64,000 nt of DNA from Sulfolobales archaeon HS-7 (GCA_019704295.1 AP024596.1:1-64000), one strand, 5' to 3'. Numbered from the stretch's first letter, positions 32,099 to 43,160 are shown. A program made the numbers and translations. The notes: generated from the sequence alone by a model not told the origin.

Positions 32099-32191
32099 TG
32101 TTGAATATATATATGCGAACACCTTAAACGTTTTTTTAACTTAACGGGAATTAAAGGGGTGGAAGTTTCATAAGGATAGCTCCCTATTGAG

Positions 32192-32773
32192 ATGAGTTTT
32201 CAGGTACCAGTAAATTATAATCACGGGGTTAATGCTCAAGGCAGTGTAGGACAGACTAAATTAAGGACAAGTAGAAACGTACAAAAAGCGGGAGGCGTAG
32301 CAGTACCGCAAACTCAACAGCAGTACACTCCGCTCCACCAAGCAATTAGAAACAGGGACTCAATGGTAGTGACAGTACCAGCAGGGAAAGAGTTGAAGAA
32401 GTCGTGGGGCTATAAGATCGAATCAGTGTAGCAGTACAACACTGTACCTAGTAGTGCACTGGGTGCGAAAAGCCCGCTGGCCGTCTCGAGGGACAGGAAG
32501 ATACACCAGTTGACCCCGAAAGACGGAAAAATGAAAATGCAGATGAACAAGATGCAGCACGTAAAGATGAAAGAAACTATACCTCACGCTGTCGGCAGGG
32601 CAGTGGCTAAGAACCTGTACGCTGGTACTGTAATGACCGCCCAGAAGTTCGGGCAGAAGATGGACGACTGGTTGAACCAACAGGGCTTAAGTATGAGGCC
32701 GTTTGAGAGTATTGAAAATAAGATTAGGGAAGTCAGGATGAGAAGAGCTAATAAGGTACCAAAACGGGCATGA
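32192..32773 (+). pseudogene. 193-codon basic, Gln-rich ORF interrupted by one in-frame TAG (listed as 79-aa and 87-aa ORFs)
   Basis: 32192 and 32510 are in the same frame; the only stop between them is TAG at 32429-32431. Confidence 0.7.
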
Positions 32774-32828
32774 TAAATTCTTTTTTCTCTTCTTAATCCT
32801 TATATATCATTCTAATTTATTTTATAGT

Positions 32829-33272
32829 ATGCAAGAAGTAGCGGAGTTTCCAGATGTATTAGAGTTAGTGGAAAAACATAAACTTCCGAAAGAGATATAT
32901 GCTCCAGACGGAACTTTGTTATTCAAACCGTATGATCCTATTATCGAGAGCCCTTTGATAGCGAATAGGAAAAGTTGGAGGTTATTTGTCAACTACACTG
33001 TAGACCCAAAAAACGACGAGATAGTCAAGATCAATAACACAGGACAATTGATTAGAATAAAGCATGATGCGGACGTAGATGAAATGATGAGATACGTAAG
33101 GAAAGACCACCCAGGAGCAACTATCGAAGAAGCAATATCATTTGCGCTTGAAAGTACAGTAGAGCAAACTGGGGAGTTTAAGGACGACGATGAGTTCGGT
33201 GCATACGTGTCGTATCTCTACCTCACATTAGCGTACCTGATCCACTACGGCGTTTTAATTCTAGTTAAGTGA
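32829..33272 (+). CDS. Acidic hypothetical protein, possibly PqqD/RRE-like
   Basis: 147-aa ORF; VDPKNDEIVKINNTG and C-terminal LIHYGVL recall the PqqD pattern; fold is inferred. Confidence 0.65.
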   Translation: MQEVAEFPDVLELVEKHKLPKEIYAPDGTLLFKPYDPIIESPLIANRKSWRLFVNYTVDPKNDEIVKINNTGQLIRIKHDADVDEMMRYVRKDHPGATIEEAISFALESTVEQTGEFKDDDEFGAYVSYLYLTLAYLIHYGVLILVK

Positions 33273-33286
33273 GAAGTTTTTGTGTG

Positions 33287-33420
33287 AACTCCCCAGTTTA
33301 ATCAAGATTTTAACACTTCATCTATAACTCATCCTAGCGGTCATTATTAGTATTAGTAATGTATATACCGCTTTCTCTAAAAAGAGACTGTAGAGACGTT
33401 TAAACTCCCCAGTTTAATCA
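33287..33420. repeat. 18-bp perfect direct repeat AACTCCCCAGTTTAATCA (two copies)
   Basis: Copies at 33287-33304 and 33403-33420. Confidence 0.85.
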
Positions 33421-33476
33421 TAATCTTCGAAAATTTTCTAGATTTTACCCTGGCACTAACGCGTTTCCTTAAAAAA

Positions 33477-33510
<34 letters not shown>

Positions 33511-33525
33511 GTGTGTAAAAAGTGT

Positions 33526-33807
33526 TTAACATTCCTCTATCGACGAAATCTCACCTTTAATTAGCTTGGTTGAGCATTCTAACTCTCTCTGAGTTAATTG
33601 ATAAGTAGTAGATCCTCTAGTAGGGTGTAACGTCAGTAGTCCTCTTTTGATCAATTCTTTAATGCACCTCCTTACATCTCCTCTTAAATGCCCTGGAAAC
33701 CTCCTTAATATCGCTTCTAAAGGGACGTGAGCAGATAATGAAGCGTCGGTAGCATCATAAACTGCTACTAGTATTGCGTTAAGTGTCTCGATACTATATT
33801 TAGCCAT
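33526..33807 (-). CDS. Small winged-helix protein
   Basis: VRRCIKELIKRGLL...YQLT wHTH pattern. Confidence 0.7.
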   Translation of the reverse strand: MAKYSIETLNAILVAVYDATDASLSAHVPLEAILRRFPGHLRGDVRRCIKELIKRGLLTLHPTRGSTTYQLTQRELECSTKLIKGEISSIEEC

Positions 33808-33860
33808 TTTCTGCCAGAATCATCTTATTCATAACAAGATTTATAAGTTTTTATCAGAAA

Positions 33861-34142
33861 GTGATAATCATGGAAAGTAAACAAGCGGAAAAGGAGGTAG
33901 TTTTTGTAAGTAAGGTTTCCGTAACTAGGAGTAAGAAAAACGGGAAAGAATACATTACTTATAGGCTAACAATTCCTATGGAGAAGGCTAAGGAACTAGG
34001 ATTAAATAACGGAGACTATTTGTTGGTAAAGGCTAAGAAGGCTAAATGGTATCACCTCTTAAATTGGGAGGAAATGAAAAACGTTTACAATATGCTACCA
34101 GAAGAAGTAAAAAAGGAAGTTGATGAACTGAATTACAAATAG
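33861..34142 (+). CDS. AbrB/SpoVT-like DNA-binding protein
   Basis: YRLTIPMEKAKELGLNNGDYLLV motif. Confidence 0.8.
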   Translation: MIIMESKQAEKEVVFVSKVSVTRSKKNGKEYITYRLTIPMEKAKELGLNNGDYLLVKAKKAKWYHLLNWEEMKNVYNMLPEEVKKEVDELNYK

Positions 34143-34169
34143 GGTTTCAACATTTCCTCAGTCAAGAAT

Positions 34170-34250
34170 GTGAGCTACTCCCTCATTAATGATGGAGCTT
34201 CCTGCTTCACAACTTCACCTTGCCCATAGCGAAGAGCTGTGGGTAGGGGG
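34170..34250 (-). mobile_element. IS200/IS605-type tnpB 3'-end/right end (reRNA-like scaffold)
   Basis: Minus strand GGGCAAGGTGAAGTTGTGAAGCAGGAAGCTCC..GGAGTAGCTCAC with two hairpins; resembles 26156-26229. Confidence 0.7.
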
Positions 34251-34270
34251 CATTGACAAAACGAAAGGCA

Positions 34271-34297
34271 AGCCTTTTAAGGCGGGAGGAAAGTCAG
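34271..34297 (+). mobile_element. Isolated IS200/IS605-type right-end hairpin
   Basis: GCCTTTTAAGGC hairpin followed by GGGAGGAAAGTCAG; similar to 33477-33507. Confidence 0.6.
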
Positions 34298-34553
34298 ATG
34301 GAGTATGCTTCTTCTTCGGTATCGCGAAGGCTTAAACCCTGTAAATTATAATCACTCACGGAGTCACATAGACGCCAAAGCGACGGCTATGCGGTACGCC
34401 TATGCTTTACCAAACAGTCCGATGGGGAGCACTACGAACATTAACTTCAATACGGGGGTCGGAACGACCCTAAGTGTTATAGAGTCTGTATTGCTGGTAG
34501 AAAAGTAGGAAGCCCTATTGGTAGGACATAATAGTTCGCAAAATTATCATATC

Positions 34554-36170
34554 TCATTTACCGCAAAACTTATCAACGAACTCGACGACTCTCCTGACAG
34601 AATTAATCCTATTTTCTTGTTTCAGAAAACCGTGTCCCTCGTCGGGATATATTTCATAGTCAACGTATTTATTCAGTTCAATCATCTTCTTGACGAACTG
34701 CATAGTCTCTCCAACTGGACATCGCGGATCGTTTTTGCCTGCAAGAAGCAGTACTGGAGCGGTTATTGAATCTGCGTGAAATAGTGGAGATCTGTCCCTA
34801 AGCAAAGTCTCGTCATTTCCCATTTTAATCATATCGTATTCCTTTAGTTCATCTTTTTCACTTTCCATTTCGGTAAACCAGTTAACGAAGGGAACTATAG
34901 CCACAACAGCACACCACGTATTAGGATGCTTTACAGCTTCCATTAAGCTAAGATATCCTCCGTAACTCTCACCTATAACTGCGATCTTTCCATTAAGCAG
35001 TTTCCTCCCTTCCCATACGTCGGTAACATCACCTCCTCCCATATCCCTTGTGTTCATCTCCTTGAACTTTCGTCCATGACCGAAGGAACCTCTGTAGTCG
35101 GGGCATAGAACCTCATATCCCCTATCAATAAGCAATGCTATCTCCGGAACGAATTCATTATAACACATAGATTCTGGCCCGCCGTGAATAAATATTGCGC
35201 TTTTCCTAACATCTCTACCTCTAAAGAGTAAACCGCGTATAGTTAACTCCCCTGAAGGATATGATACTTTATCTACTCTTACGTCCAATGAAACATCTCC
35301 CATGGAGTTAGTTAGTCTTTCAATTCCTCCATTAGAGATGTTGTAGCGCCATAATTCCGTATCCCTTGATGCGTCGGAATGGAGGAAGTAGAGGTAGTTT
35401 TGATCTCCCTTAACGGTTGTGTTAAAGCCGTAGTTAATAATGGCTTTCTGATTATTTTTCAGCACAATATCTCCATCGTTTATCTCTAAATAGAAAATAT
35501 CCCTATAGTATATTGGATCCATGTGCTCGTGTTCACCACTGGTTACCCATTCTATTTCTCCTTTGAAGAATTTGCCTACATTGAAGTAATTTCCCGTATT
35601 AGAGGAGAAGAGGAGTTCATCTTGTTCGGTAAAACACTGCTCTGAGGAAATCATCTCGTCTGAGTCTGGAAAAGACAGTAATTCTCTCTCACCTGAATTC
35701 AAATCTAAAACCACTACGTCATAATTAACTACCCCCTTAACATAGGCTAACCTCCTTTTACTTTTTGACATACAGTACAAGAGGACGTTCTCTTTCTCAT
35801 TAGTTACGGGCGTAATTTCTCCCCCTTCGAAGAGGAATATGTTGTAGCTCTTTCCTCTATTTGACAAAAAGTAGAACTTATCATCAGTGATAAATACAGG
35901 ATCAGTGTTATCATACTCATCTATAACGAGTGGAATTGGGTTTTCCTCCATTAGGAAAATTCCCCGCCTTTCCGAGCCTCCTTTGTCTATTATTAAAGAG
36001 AGCTTGTTTCCCGAAATCCATTTCACGCCCACTAGATCTGGTACTGTTGCTTTCTCAATTCCCGTCACGTAAAGAACCGGAGTTTTTTCGAGAACAATTA
36101 CTCCTAAATTTCCCTCATTTACGTCGTAGGAAATCACTGGCTTTATTTTATATAAATCTGAAAACTCCAC
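34554..36170 (-). CDS. S9-family (acylaminoacyl/prolyl oligo-) peptidase
   Basis: HGGP, GESYGG, NDPRC, EGHG catalytic triad; N-terminal propeller. Confidence 0.93.
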   Translation of the reverse strand: MEFSDLYKIKPVISYDVNEGNLGVIVLEKTPVLYVTGIEKATVPDLVGVKWISGNKLSLIIDKGGSERRGIFLMEENPIPLVIDEYDNTDPVFITDDKFYFLSNRGKSYNIFLFEGGEITPVTNEKENVLLYCMSKSKRRLAYVKGVVNYDVVVLDLNSGERELLSFPDSDEMISSEQCFTEQDELLFSSNTGNYFNVGKFFKGEIEWVTSGEHEHMDPIYYRDIFYLEINDGDIVLKNNQKAIINYGFNTTVKGDQNYLYFLHSDASRDTELWRYNISNGGIERLTNSMGDVSLDVRVDKVSYPSGELTIRGLLFRGRDVRKSAIFIHGGPESMCYNEFVPEIALLIDRGYEVLCPDYRGSFGHGRKFKEMNTRDMGGGDVTDVWEGRKLLNGKIAVIGESYGGYLSLMEAVKHPNTWCAVVAIVPFVNWFTEMESEKDELKEYDMIKMGNDETLLRDRSPLFHADSITAPVLLLAGKNDPRCPVGETMQFVKKMIELNKYVDYEIYPDEGHGFLKQENRINSVRRVVEFVDKFCGK

Positions 36171-36748
36171 ACCGGTATTTCATTTCAGCAGGATATTAAT
36201 ATTTAATATATAGTTTCCGCAAATCACGCTTTTACGCAGAGAAGTCTCATTAATGGAATAGTTAAGATACGTTTGTATCAGTTTTCCTAGATATCTATGT
36301 AGTTAATGACGCTGCTTAAAAGTCATTGGGTGATTGAACTTTGGAGGGAATAGAATTTTTGCCTCTTAGATTTCCACGAGAATTCAACCTTGACAGTGAA
36401 AGTCCGACTTTCATATAGGATTTTTTCCAGGGTAACATAATGCTAATCATTAGATGTAAACCCGAGTGGATGATGGTAATAATAGACCCTACAGTTATCA
36501 TTCTAAAACGATGAGGAACACGCTTTCCTTGACATTCCAATATTAACGAATTTTTGATGTTTTGATTAATTATACTGCATGATATTGGAAAATCTTTATT
36601 GTTAAGTTTACAAGTAATTACTGCCAGCTAACCCTTGTCGTTATTAAGCCTTGTAGATTTCAACGCCACTCGGATTTGTTAAAAGTTGGAGTGGGTATTA
36701 AATTAAATCGAAGATAACGTTAATAATATTCGTTAAAGTCGTTGTCTA

Positions 36749-37738
36749 ATGAGAGTTGCTGTAATCGGTGGTGGACCGGCGGGAATTTCCCTTGCTTATT
36801 TCCTGAAGGGAACCAAACATGAGGTAACGGTTTACGAGGCCCTCGATTCCTTAGGTTTAAAACCATGTGCTTGGGGGGTAATGAGGGGTCTTGAGGAGTA
36901 TATTACTATTCCCAGGGAATCCATCATTTCTACCCTAAAGGGATTTAAAATATACTTAGATGGTAAACTCCTTTACGACGTAAGGTTTGATCATTCCTTA
37001 GGATATATAATAGATAAGCCGCTATTCCTCGAGAAACTATCCGAGGGAATAGATGTCAGGAAGAAATCAAAGGTAACCAAAAAGGGAGAAAACTTAGAAG
37101 TAAACGGTGAGAAAATTGAAGCGGAAAAGGTAATTTACTCAACAGGACATTACGGATTAGACAGTTCACTATCAATTCCAGCTATTCAGTATTTGACGAA
37201 TTATAATCAAGATCCTGAGACAGTGGAAATGTACTTTTATTCCGACCTATTAGGCTACGGATGGGTCTTCCCAGATAATGTGGGGGCAAGAATAGGAATA
37301 GGCGGTTATAGCGAAGTTCCTTTCCTAAAAGAGAAGGTAAAGCAAATAGTTAAGGGAAAAACTCTGGGTTTTCACGGCGCTAGAGTAGTGGATTATGGTA
37401 TAGTAGAGAGCAGGTTGAATGGGGAATATGTAGGTGAGGCTTTAGGTACGGTTTACGCGGTTACGGGGGAAGGGATACGACCTTCCATTATGTCATCGCG
37501 TATAATGGCCGACTCTATTTTAAACAACGAGGACTTTAGTAAAGAGTTTAAGAAGAGCAAGCTTTATTGGTCCCTTCAGATACATGCGGATGTTATAAAA
37601 AGAGCTAAGTCCAGCAATTCGACAAAAGGACTCGAAAAAGTGTTAATGAGGGCGGATCCTAAACTAGTGATAAAATTTGCCCTTGGTGATTTCGATAAGA
37701 CGGATCTCTTCAAACTGTTTTTGAGGACTGTAATTTAA
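36749..37738 (+). CDS. Geranylgeranyl-reductase-family FAD oxidoreductase
   Basis: GGGPAG, KPCAWG, GYGWVFP, TGEGIRP motifs. Confidence 0.85.
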   Translation: MRVAVIGGGPAGISLAYFLKGTKHEVTVYEALDSLGLKPCAWGVMRGLEEYITIPRESIISTLKGFKIYLDGKLLYDVRFDHSLGYIIDKPLFLEKLSEGIDVRKKSKVTKKGENLEVNGEKIEAEKVIYSTGHYGLDSSLSIPAIQYLTNYNQDPETVEMYFYSDLLGYGWVFPDNVGARIGIGGYSEVPFLKEKVKQIVKGKTLGFHGARVVDYGIVESRLNGEYVGEALGTVYAVTGEGIRPSIMSSRIMADSILNNEDFSKEFKKSKLYWSLQIHADVIKRAKSSNSTKGLEKVLMRADPKLVIKFALGDFDKTDLFKLFLRTVI

Positions 37739-38472
37739 CTCCTTAGCTTATTAAGTATTGCCGATTCCGCCTTAAGATATAGCTTAGTTCTCAGTAACGG
37801 CTTGAACGGGGAGTAATATACTCTCAGTTTTATTACGGACAGAAACATGAGTAAAATAATCTTTAGCAGAGAACTTGAGATCTTGCTATCCTTTTCCTCA
37901 TGTTTCCACTCAACTGGAATTTCCTTTATTTTGAAACCTCTTCTCTTAAAGGCGTAAATTAAGTTAACATCGAATAAGAAATCGTTGATTATAAGTTCAT
38001 TAATTACTTCGTTGACCTTGTCTCTTTTAATTATCTTAAAACCCGCCTGAAAATCCTTCACACCTATTAATGAAGGAAAGAACAGTTTTACGACAAACTT
38101 AAACGCTTCATGTAGGAGTTTCCTCAGAAGAGGGAGTTCAGAGAACCTCCTTTTAAATATAACTAGATCGTAATCTTTTACAATAGTGAGAAATTCACTA
38201 ATTTTATCAGGGCTCACGGGAAGGTCTGCGTCAAGGAATATTATTACCTGTCCGTCCGCCATTTTCAGTCCCTCCTTTAACGAACCACCCTTTCCCAATC
38301 TCTGTGGGGTGTTATAGATAGTTGCACCTTTCTCTCTTGCTACATTGCAAGTTTCTACATCATTGTCACAAATGACTAGTATCTTATTTAGTTCGAAGTA
38401 GTGTGACAGTTCTTCTAACGTTTTCCCTATTCTCCCCTGTTCCTTGTAGGCCGGCACCACTATTGAGTACAT
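37735..38472 (-). CDS. GT2 glycosyltransferase (dolichol-phosphate glycosyltransferase-like)
   Basis: VVPAYKE, GKG, DAD, DFQAGFK motifs; probable ATG 38472. Confidence 0.88.
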   Translation of the reverse strand: MYSIVVPAYKEQGRIGKTLEELSHYFELNKILVICDNDVETCNVAREKGATIYNTPQRLGKGGSLKEGLKMADGQVIIFLDADLPVSPDKISEFLTIVKDYDLVIFKRRFSELPLLRKLLHEAFKFVVKLFFPSLIGVKDFQAGFKIIKRDKVNEVINELIINDFLFDVNLIYAFKRRGFKIKEIPVEWKHEEKDSKISSSLLKIILLMFLSVIKLRVYYSPFKPLLRTKLYLKAESAILNKLRS

Positions 38473-38941
38473 GAAGTACAAATGTCGTTTAAATCGCAAA
38501 ATATAAAAGAGTATCTCCATCGTCTTAACTTACGGTTTTACCTTCACGTACTTTGAGAGAAATCTTTCGATAAGCCTATATTCCTTATTAATACGGTATA
38601 TCTATAACAGTTTTTAGTAAGTATAAAAGTATATTATTTAACATAATTTAATATTTTAAACTAGCTTATAAGGTTTATAGAATCGTTTGCTAACCTGTAA
38701 ATATAGAGCAGAACAAAAGTTCTAAAGGTAAAGGGCATGTTACTTAAGTTAAAGATAAGGATGTATGAGCAAATATAGAGTGATGATAAGGAAGTTTCTA
38801 CATGTTTCAACCGCGCCTGGTAGGAAAGGAAGTGAGAAGGCGAAAACTTAGGTAAATTAATGCTAAGTAATACTGAAAAATTCTATAAGGCATTCAAAAC
38901 ACGCCTCAACTTTTATTACGCGTCCCTAACAATATTAGGTA

Positions 38942-40192
38942 ATGAAAACAGTTATTGTAGGTTCTGGTCCAGCAGGTGTGTATTCCGCTATTATGCTTGC
39001 ACGAAATTCTAAGGTAACATTAATAGACGAAAGCGAGAAACTGGGAGGAACGTGCATCTTGTATGGATGTATGCCATCAAAGGCAATGTTACATGCTACA
39101 CATATAATTTACTCAGCACGTTCTCTAGGGAAGGAATTGAATTTTACTCAAGATGAGATAATAAAACTAGCCAAGGATACTGTGAATAGGTTATCCAAAG
39201 GAGTTGAGTACACTCTATCAAGTTACGACGTGGAGGTTATACATGGTAAAGCCGAATTATCAGACGGTACGATAAAAGTTGGAAACCAAAGCATAGACTC
39301 TAATGGCATTATAGTAGCCACAGGTACGGTAAAACCTCAGGTAGAAAACACAATTGCTTCTGACGACATTCCTTACCTGTCTCAAAAGATCTCCTCGGCA
39401 GTAATCATAGGAGGTGGGGCAGGAGGTGTAGAATATGGCGATTTGTTAAGCGAGTGGGGTGTTGATCTCTCAATTGTAGAACGAGGTCCTACACTCCTCC
39501 CTAATTCTGATCCCGACTTGTCAAATGCCGTCACTACTACCTTTAAGAAGAAGGGTGTTAAGCTTTACTTGAATAAAAACGTTAAGAAAATTGAGAAAGG
39601 TATTGTAATTCTAGATGATGAAACGAAAATTACTGGAGATGTTGTCATCTTCTCCTTCGGCAGGAAACCTAACGTAGCTGGTTTTGAGGCCTTGTCGAGG
39701 GGAGGTCCAATAAAGGTGGACAAGACCATGTATACCGGCATGGGAAAAATATATGCAGCTGGTGACGTTACAGGTACCTATACCGCTCATGAAGCCATAC
39801 ATGAAGGAATTGTTGCCTCGTTAAATCTTTTAGGGATTGAAAAGGAGTTCGTCTCGGACTTTGTTCCGAAGGTAATATACGCTAAGCCAGAAATAGCGAC
39901 TATCGGTAGGATGTCAGGAAATTCAGTAAAAGTGAATTACGCCGAATTAGGAAGAGCGATAGCGGAGAAGAATACGTCAGGGTTTCTTAAACTATTTTAT
40001 GACGGGGGTAGGATAAACGGAGCAGTAATTTACGGAGAGCATGCTGAGGACATAGCAAATCTCATTTCACTCATTATATCGCAAAATTTGAGTATGCAGG
40101 CGGTTTTCGATAATGTATTTGCACATCCATCCTATATGGAGATTCTTTGGGAAGCGCTAGGGAGAGCGCTTGGGTACTTCAGAGGTAAGTAA
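38942..40192 (+). CDS. Dihydrolipoamide dehydrogenase-like pyridine nucleotide-disulfide oxidoreductase
   Basis: GSGPAG, GGTCILYGCMPSK, AAGD, HPSYME motifs. Confidence 0.88.
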   Translation: MKTVIVGSGPAGVYSAIMLARNSKVTLIDESEKLGGTCILYGCMPSKAMLHATHIIYSARSLGKELNFTQDEIIKLAKDTVNRLSKGVEYTLSSYDVEVIHGKAELSDGTIKVGNQSIDSNGIIVATGTVKPQVENTIASDDIPYLSQKISSAVIIGGGAGGVEYGDLLSEWGVDLSIVERGPTLLPNSDPDLSNAVTTTFKKKGVKLYLNKNVKKIEKGIVILDDETKITGDVVIFSFGRKPNVAGFEALSRGGPIKVDKTMYTGMGKIYAAGDVTGTYTAHEAIHEGIVASLNLLGIEKEFVSDFVPKVIYAKPEIATIGRMSGNSVKVNYAELGRAIAEKNTSGFLKLFYDGGRINGAVIYGEHAEDIANLISLIISQNLSMQAVFDNVFAHPSYMEILWEALGRALGYFRGK

Positions 40193-40195
40193 GAG

Positions 40196-40290
40196 TCGAA
40201 TTACCTGCTGCAAATAGGTTTTCCCGCTTCTTAGCTTCAGGTAGAGGATTAGTTTGATAGACTTTACGATCCGTTCTGACCTAGATCTTA
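40196..40290 (-). mobile_element. Heavily decayed IS200/IS605-type right end
   Basis: Minus strand CCTCTACCTGAAGCTAAGAAGCGGGAAAACC resembles the GAAGCAGGAAG scaffold. Confidence 0.4.
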
Positions 40291-40541
40291 ACTGACCCTC
40301 GATGTCCCATATGGGACCGGCAAGTGAAGTGCCTCGCAAACCCTCGCTTATGCTTCTTACTTACGCTTCATCTGCAACTCCTATTGATATCTGCTCTTCG
40401 GAAACTAGTTTTAAATATAAGGAGACGTAAGGCTAACGGGATAGCTCCCTTAACTCTCCTCATCATAAAATTATCAGGTTCTTAGGTATATTACACTGAT
40501 AAAATGCTACTAATCTGAGATTTTGGACGAAACAGGACAAT

Positions 40542-41504
40542 TTATTCGAGAATTTTCGGACCACTACCAACTCCAGTAACGATAGGTTTTGCTCCGATAT
40601 TACTAAGAAAATTAACTACCTTATTTACACTATCACTCTCGCATATTATGTAGGGGTTTGGTCCAGCATCAAAAGTATAGGCCATATCACCGTTTTCTAG
40701 AACCCATTGCATAATTTCGAACGAAATCTCATTTAGGTAAAGAACAGGGGGCCAAGAGTCTAAGATTACTGCGTGCATATTATTACTATGCTTCATTACT
40801 ATCCTGTAAAAGTTCGCCTTATCTCTAGATTTTATCGTCTCAACTAATTTCATTACATCGTCTTCTATCGTTTTTAGCCTGCAATGCAAGAGCTGAGAGG
40901 TATTCACTCGTAACATCGCGTTTCTAGAACTAATAGGTTTTCTACTCTCTTTAACAATTCCTACTATTACTTTTAACGGCCAATGTTCTGGGGGGAAAAG
41001 CTGTTCGCAGTACGAATCGCTTCCCTCACCAGAGTTCCCTCTATACCATATTACAATACCGCCAAACACGCTTCTGCATGCGCTTCCCGAACCTATTCTA
41101 GATAATATAGACATCTCCCTTTTAGACAAGTTAAGATGTAACGCCTCGTTTGCTCCAACTACAATTCCCGCAATTCCCGCTGCTGATGACGCTAATCCCG
41201 CACCTACAGGAAAGTTAGTGTAAGATACAGCTTCAAGGAAAACATTACCGTAGAGTTCTCTTATTTTATTCATTACTCGTCCTGCGTAATCCCCTACTTC
41301 GGTTTCTTCAAGTTCTCTTCCATTAACTACTATTCTATCATTTCCTTTACCCTCGTAAAACTTAAGTTCGCTAATAACTGACATTTCCTCTCCTAGCGTT
41401 ATCGACACGCTTGAATTCAGAGGAAGATTGAGTTTTTCGTCTCTTTTTCCCCAGTATTTTATTAGAGCTATGTTCGAGGGAGATGAAACCTTAATCGATT
41501 TCAT
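40542..41504 (-). CDS. mvaD: Diphosphomevalonate decarboxylase
   Basis: SNIALIKYWGK, GLASSAAG, GSGSACRS, TFDAGPN motifs. Confidence 0.95.
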   Translation of the reverse strand: MKSIKVSSPSNIALIKYWGKRDEKLNLPLNSSVSITLGEEMSVISELKFYEGKGNDRIVVNGRELEETEVGDYAGRVMNKIRELYGNVFLEAVSYTNFPVGAGLASSAAGIAGIVVGANEALHLNLSKREMSILSRIGSGSACRSVFGGIVIWYRGNSGEGSDSYCEQLFPPEHWPLKVIVGIVKESRKPISSRNAMLRVNTSQLLHCRLKTIEDDVMKLVETIKSRDKANFYRIVMKHSNNMHAVILDSWPPVLYLNEISFEIMQWVLENGDMAYTFDAGPNPYIICESDSVNKVVNFLSNIGAKPIVTGVGSGPKILE

Positions 41505-42453
41505 TTTCTACTCTGACTCCATTATCTTCGATAACCTTAATTACGTTGTTTACATTCTTTCTTAATTCCTCGATATCCGTTGTACCCCTTTCAATCAGGA
41601 AGAATATCGAGTCTCCTCCTCCCGCACCAGGAAGTTCCACCAGAAGCAGTTTAGTGAATTTAGAGTAATATTCCTCAAGCTGATCTTCAAGGGAAAAGGG
41701 ATCGAAGAGTCCTACCTTCTGAAATATTCTCCTCAATCTCAGCTTAGCTCTCCTAACGTGAAGTACTGCGTTTTCTAACATACCTCTCTTAAGGAGTGTT
41801 ACGGCCATTTCATTCTCATCATTGACTTCCTGTAGTAAATAAGTCAGTTTGAGAGTTCTCAGTTTGGTAAAGAACTCGTCTACGAGGGATTTAGTATCTG
41901 CACTGTTTCCTGTAAACGATAAGAACATATCGTAATCGTTACCTATTTTTAGAGGCTCTATATAATATTTCCCTTCTGAGAACCTCCTATATATTAAACT
42001 ACCATACGTTGCAGCTGCGATATCGAAACCGCTTCCAGTTCCCCTTTGACGCAAAGCGTTAGCTTTTTGAGCGCACTCGTGGATTGCGTTGAGGTCCCAT
42101 GTCCCTCCAGTCATATAAAGGAGCGCTGCCGCGAGAGCTACTGTAGCCGCTGATGAACTTCCTAGGCCTGTTTTCTTACCGTTTACCTGAAAGTCGTTAT
42201 CGTTTTGTAAGGTTATCTCGAACTTCTTTTCAGCTTTTATGTTACATGCCTCTAATACCGACTTGGTGAGCTCATTTCCTGGGTAGTCGAATTCTCCGTA
42301 AGACGTTCTAAACAAGTACTTATCCGACTCCTCAACGCTACAGTAAACTCTCCTATTTATAGCCAGTACGTGGGAGATTCCTCCGTTGACTACGGTGTAG
42401 TTTCCTACCCAGAGGACTTTCCCCGGTGCTGAGACCGCTACTCGTTTTATCAT
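41491..42453 (-). CDS. pmk: Phosphomevalonate kinase
   Basis: APGK, KTGLGSSSA, GSGFD, PGAGGGD motifs; coupled to mvaD. Confidence 0.9.
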   Translation of the reverse strand: MIKRVAVSAPGKVLWVGNYTVVNGGISHVLAINRRVYCSVEESDKYLFRTSYGEFDYPGNELTKSVLEACNIKAEKKFEITLQNDNDFQVNGKKTGLGSSSAATVALAAALLYMTGGTWDLNAIHECAQKANALRQRGTGSGFDIAAATYGSLIYRRFSEGKYYIEPLKIGNDYDMFLSFTGNSADTKSLVDEFFTKLRTLKLTYLLQEVNDENEMAVTLLKRGMLENAVLHVRRAKLRLRRIFQKVGLFDPFSLEDQLEEYYSKFTKLLLVELPGAGGGDSIFFLIERGTTDIEELRKNVNNVIKVIEDNGVRVENEID

Positions 42454-43160
42454 ACCTTGATCAACGCTTCTAAGACGACTTTAGCTCCCGCTATAGCCCT
42501 TTCCTCTAACTCCTCTCGCGCTATCCACTCTCCCCCTTTCACTAGGTTATCGCTTATTATTAGCACTCCAGCTGTCCTTACCTTTCTTAATTTCCCTAAC
42601 ATAAAGAGGGTAGCCAGTTCCATTTCCACTGCAACCACTCCTCTTTCAGCCCATCGTTTGGCGAAGCTTTCATCTTCGGCATAAAACGCATCGCTTGAGA
42701 AGACGTCTCCCTTTATTACCGGAATATTTGAGTTTTTGAATTGACCCATAATTTCGTAAGTAAGTTCGATATCTGGTGAAGTACTTAGTCCTATATCCTC
42801 TTTCAGATATTGGGAGAAGAGACCTCCAGAATTATGATAGGCTCCGGTGGCTATTACAAATTCGCCCACATTAACTTCAGGTACTAATGAGCCAGCAGTT
42901 CCGTATCTCACGAAATGGGAAATACCTAGAGACGATAACTCCTCAATGACTATGGCTATAGACGGTCCTCCAATGCCATGAGAAGCCATAGTAACTTTTT
43001 TTCCTTTATAGATACCCGTGTAAACGAGAAATCCTCTGTTCTCGTTAACTAATTTAGTCTCCTCTAAAAGGGAGGAGAGCAACCTAATTCGACCTGGATC
43101 TCCCGAAATTAGGGCCCTATCTGCTACTGCGCTTTTATCTGCTTTAATGTGGATAGGCAT
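42450..43160 (-). CDS. deoD: Purine nucleoside phosphorylase (hexameric, DeoD-type)
   Basis: GDPGR, NENR, HGIGGPS, SSDAFY, VEME motifs. Confidence 0.9.
   Translation of the reverse strand: MPIHIKADKSAVADRALISGDPGRIRLLSSLLEETKLVNENRGFLVYTGIYKGKKVTMASHGIGGPSIAIVIEELSSLGISHFVRYGTAGSLVPEVNVGEFVIATGAYHNSGGLFSQYLKEDIGLSTSPDIELTYEIMGQFKNSNIPVIKGDVFSSDAFYAEDESFAKRWAERGVVAVEMELATLFMLGKLRKVRTAGVLIISDNLVKGGEWIAREELEERAIAGAKVVLEALIKV

Noticed and set aside
32429-32431. Pyrrolysine or programmed readthrough at the TAG
   Set aside because: No pyl genes in the window and none known to me in Sulfolobales; a CAG-to-TAG mutation is simpler
33287-33420. 18-bp direct repeat as a mini-CRISPR array
   Set aside because: Only two short units, a 98-bp spacer, no leader and no cas genes
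40542-42453. Eukaryote-like mevalonate enzymes as a novelty
   Set aside because: The classical mevalonate pathway is established in Sulfolobales
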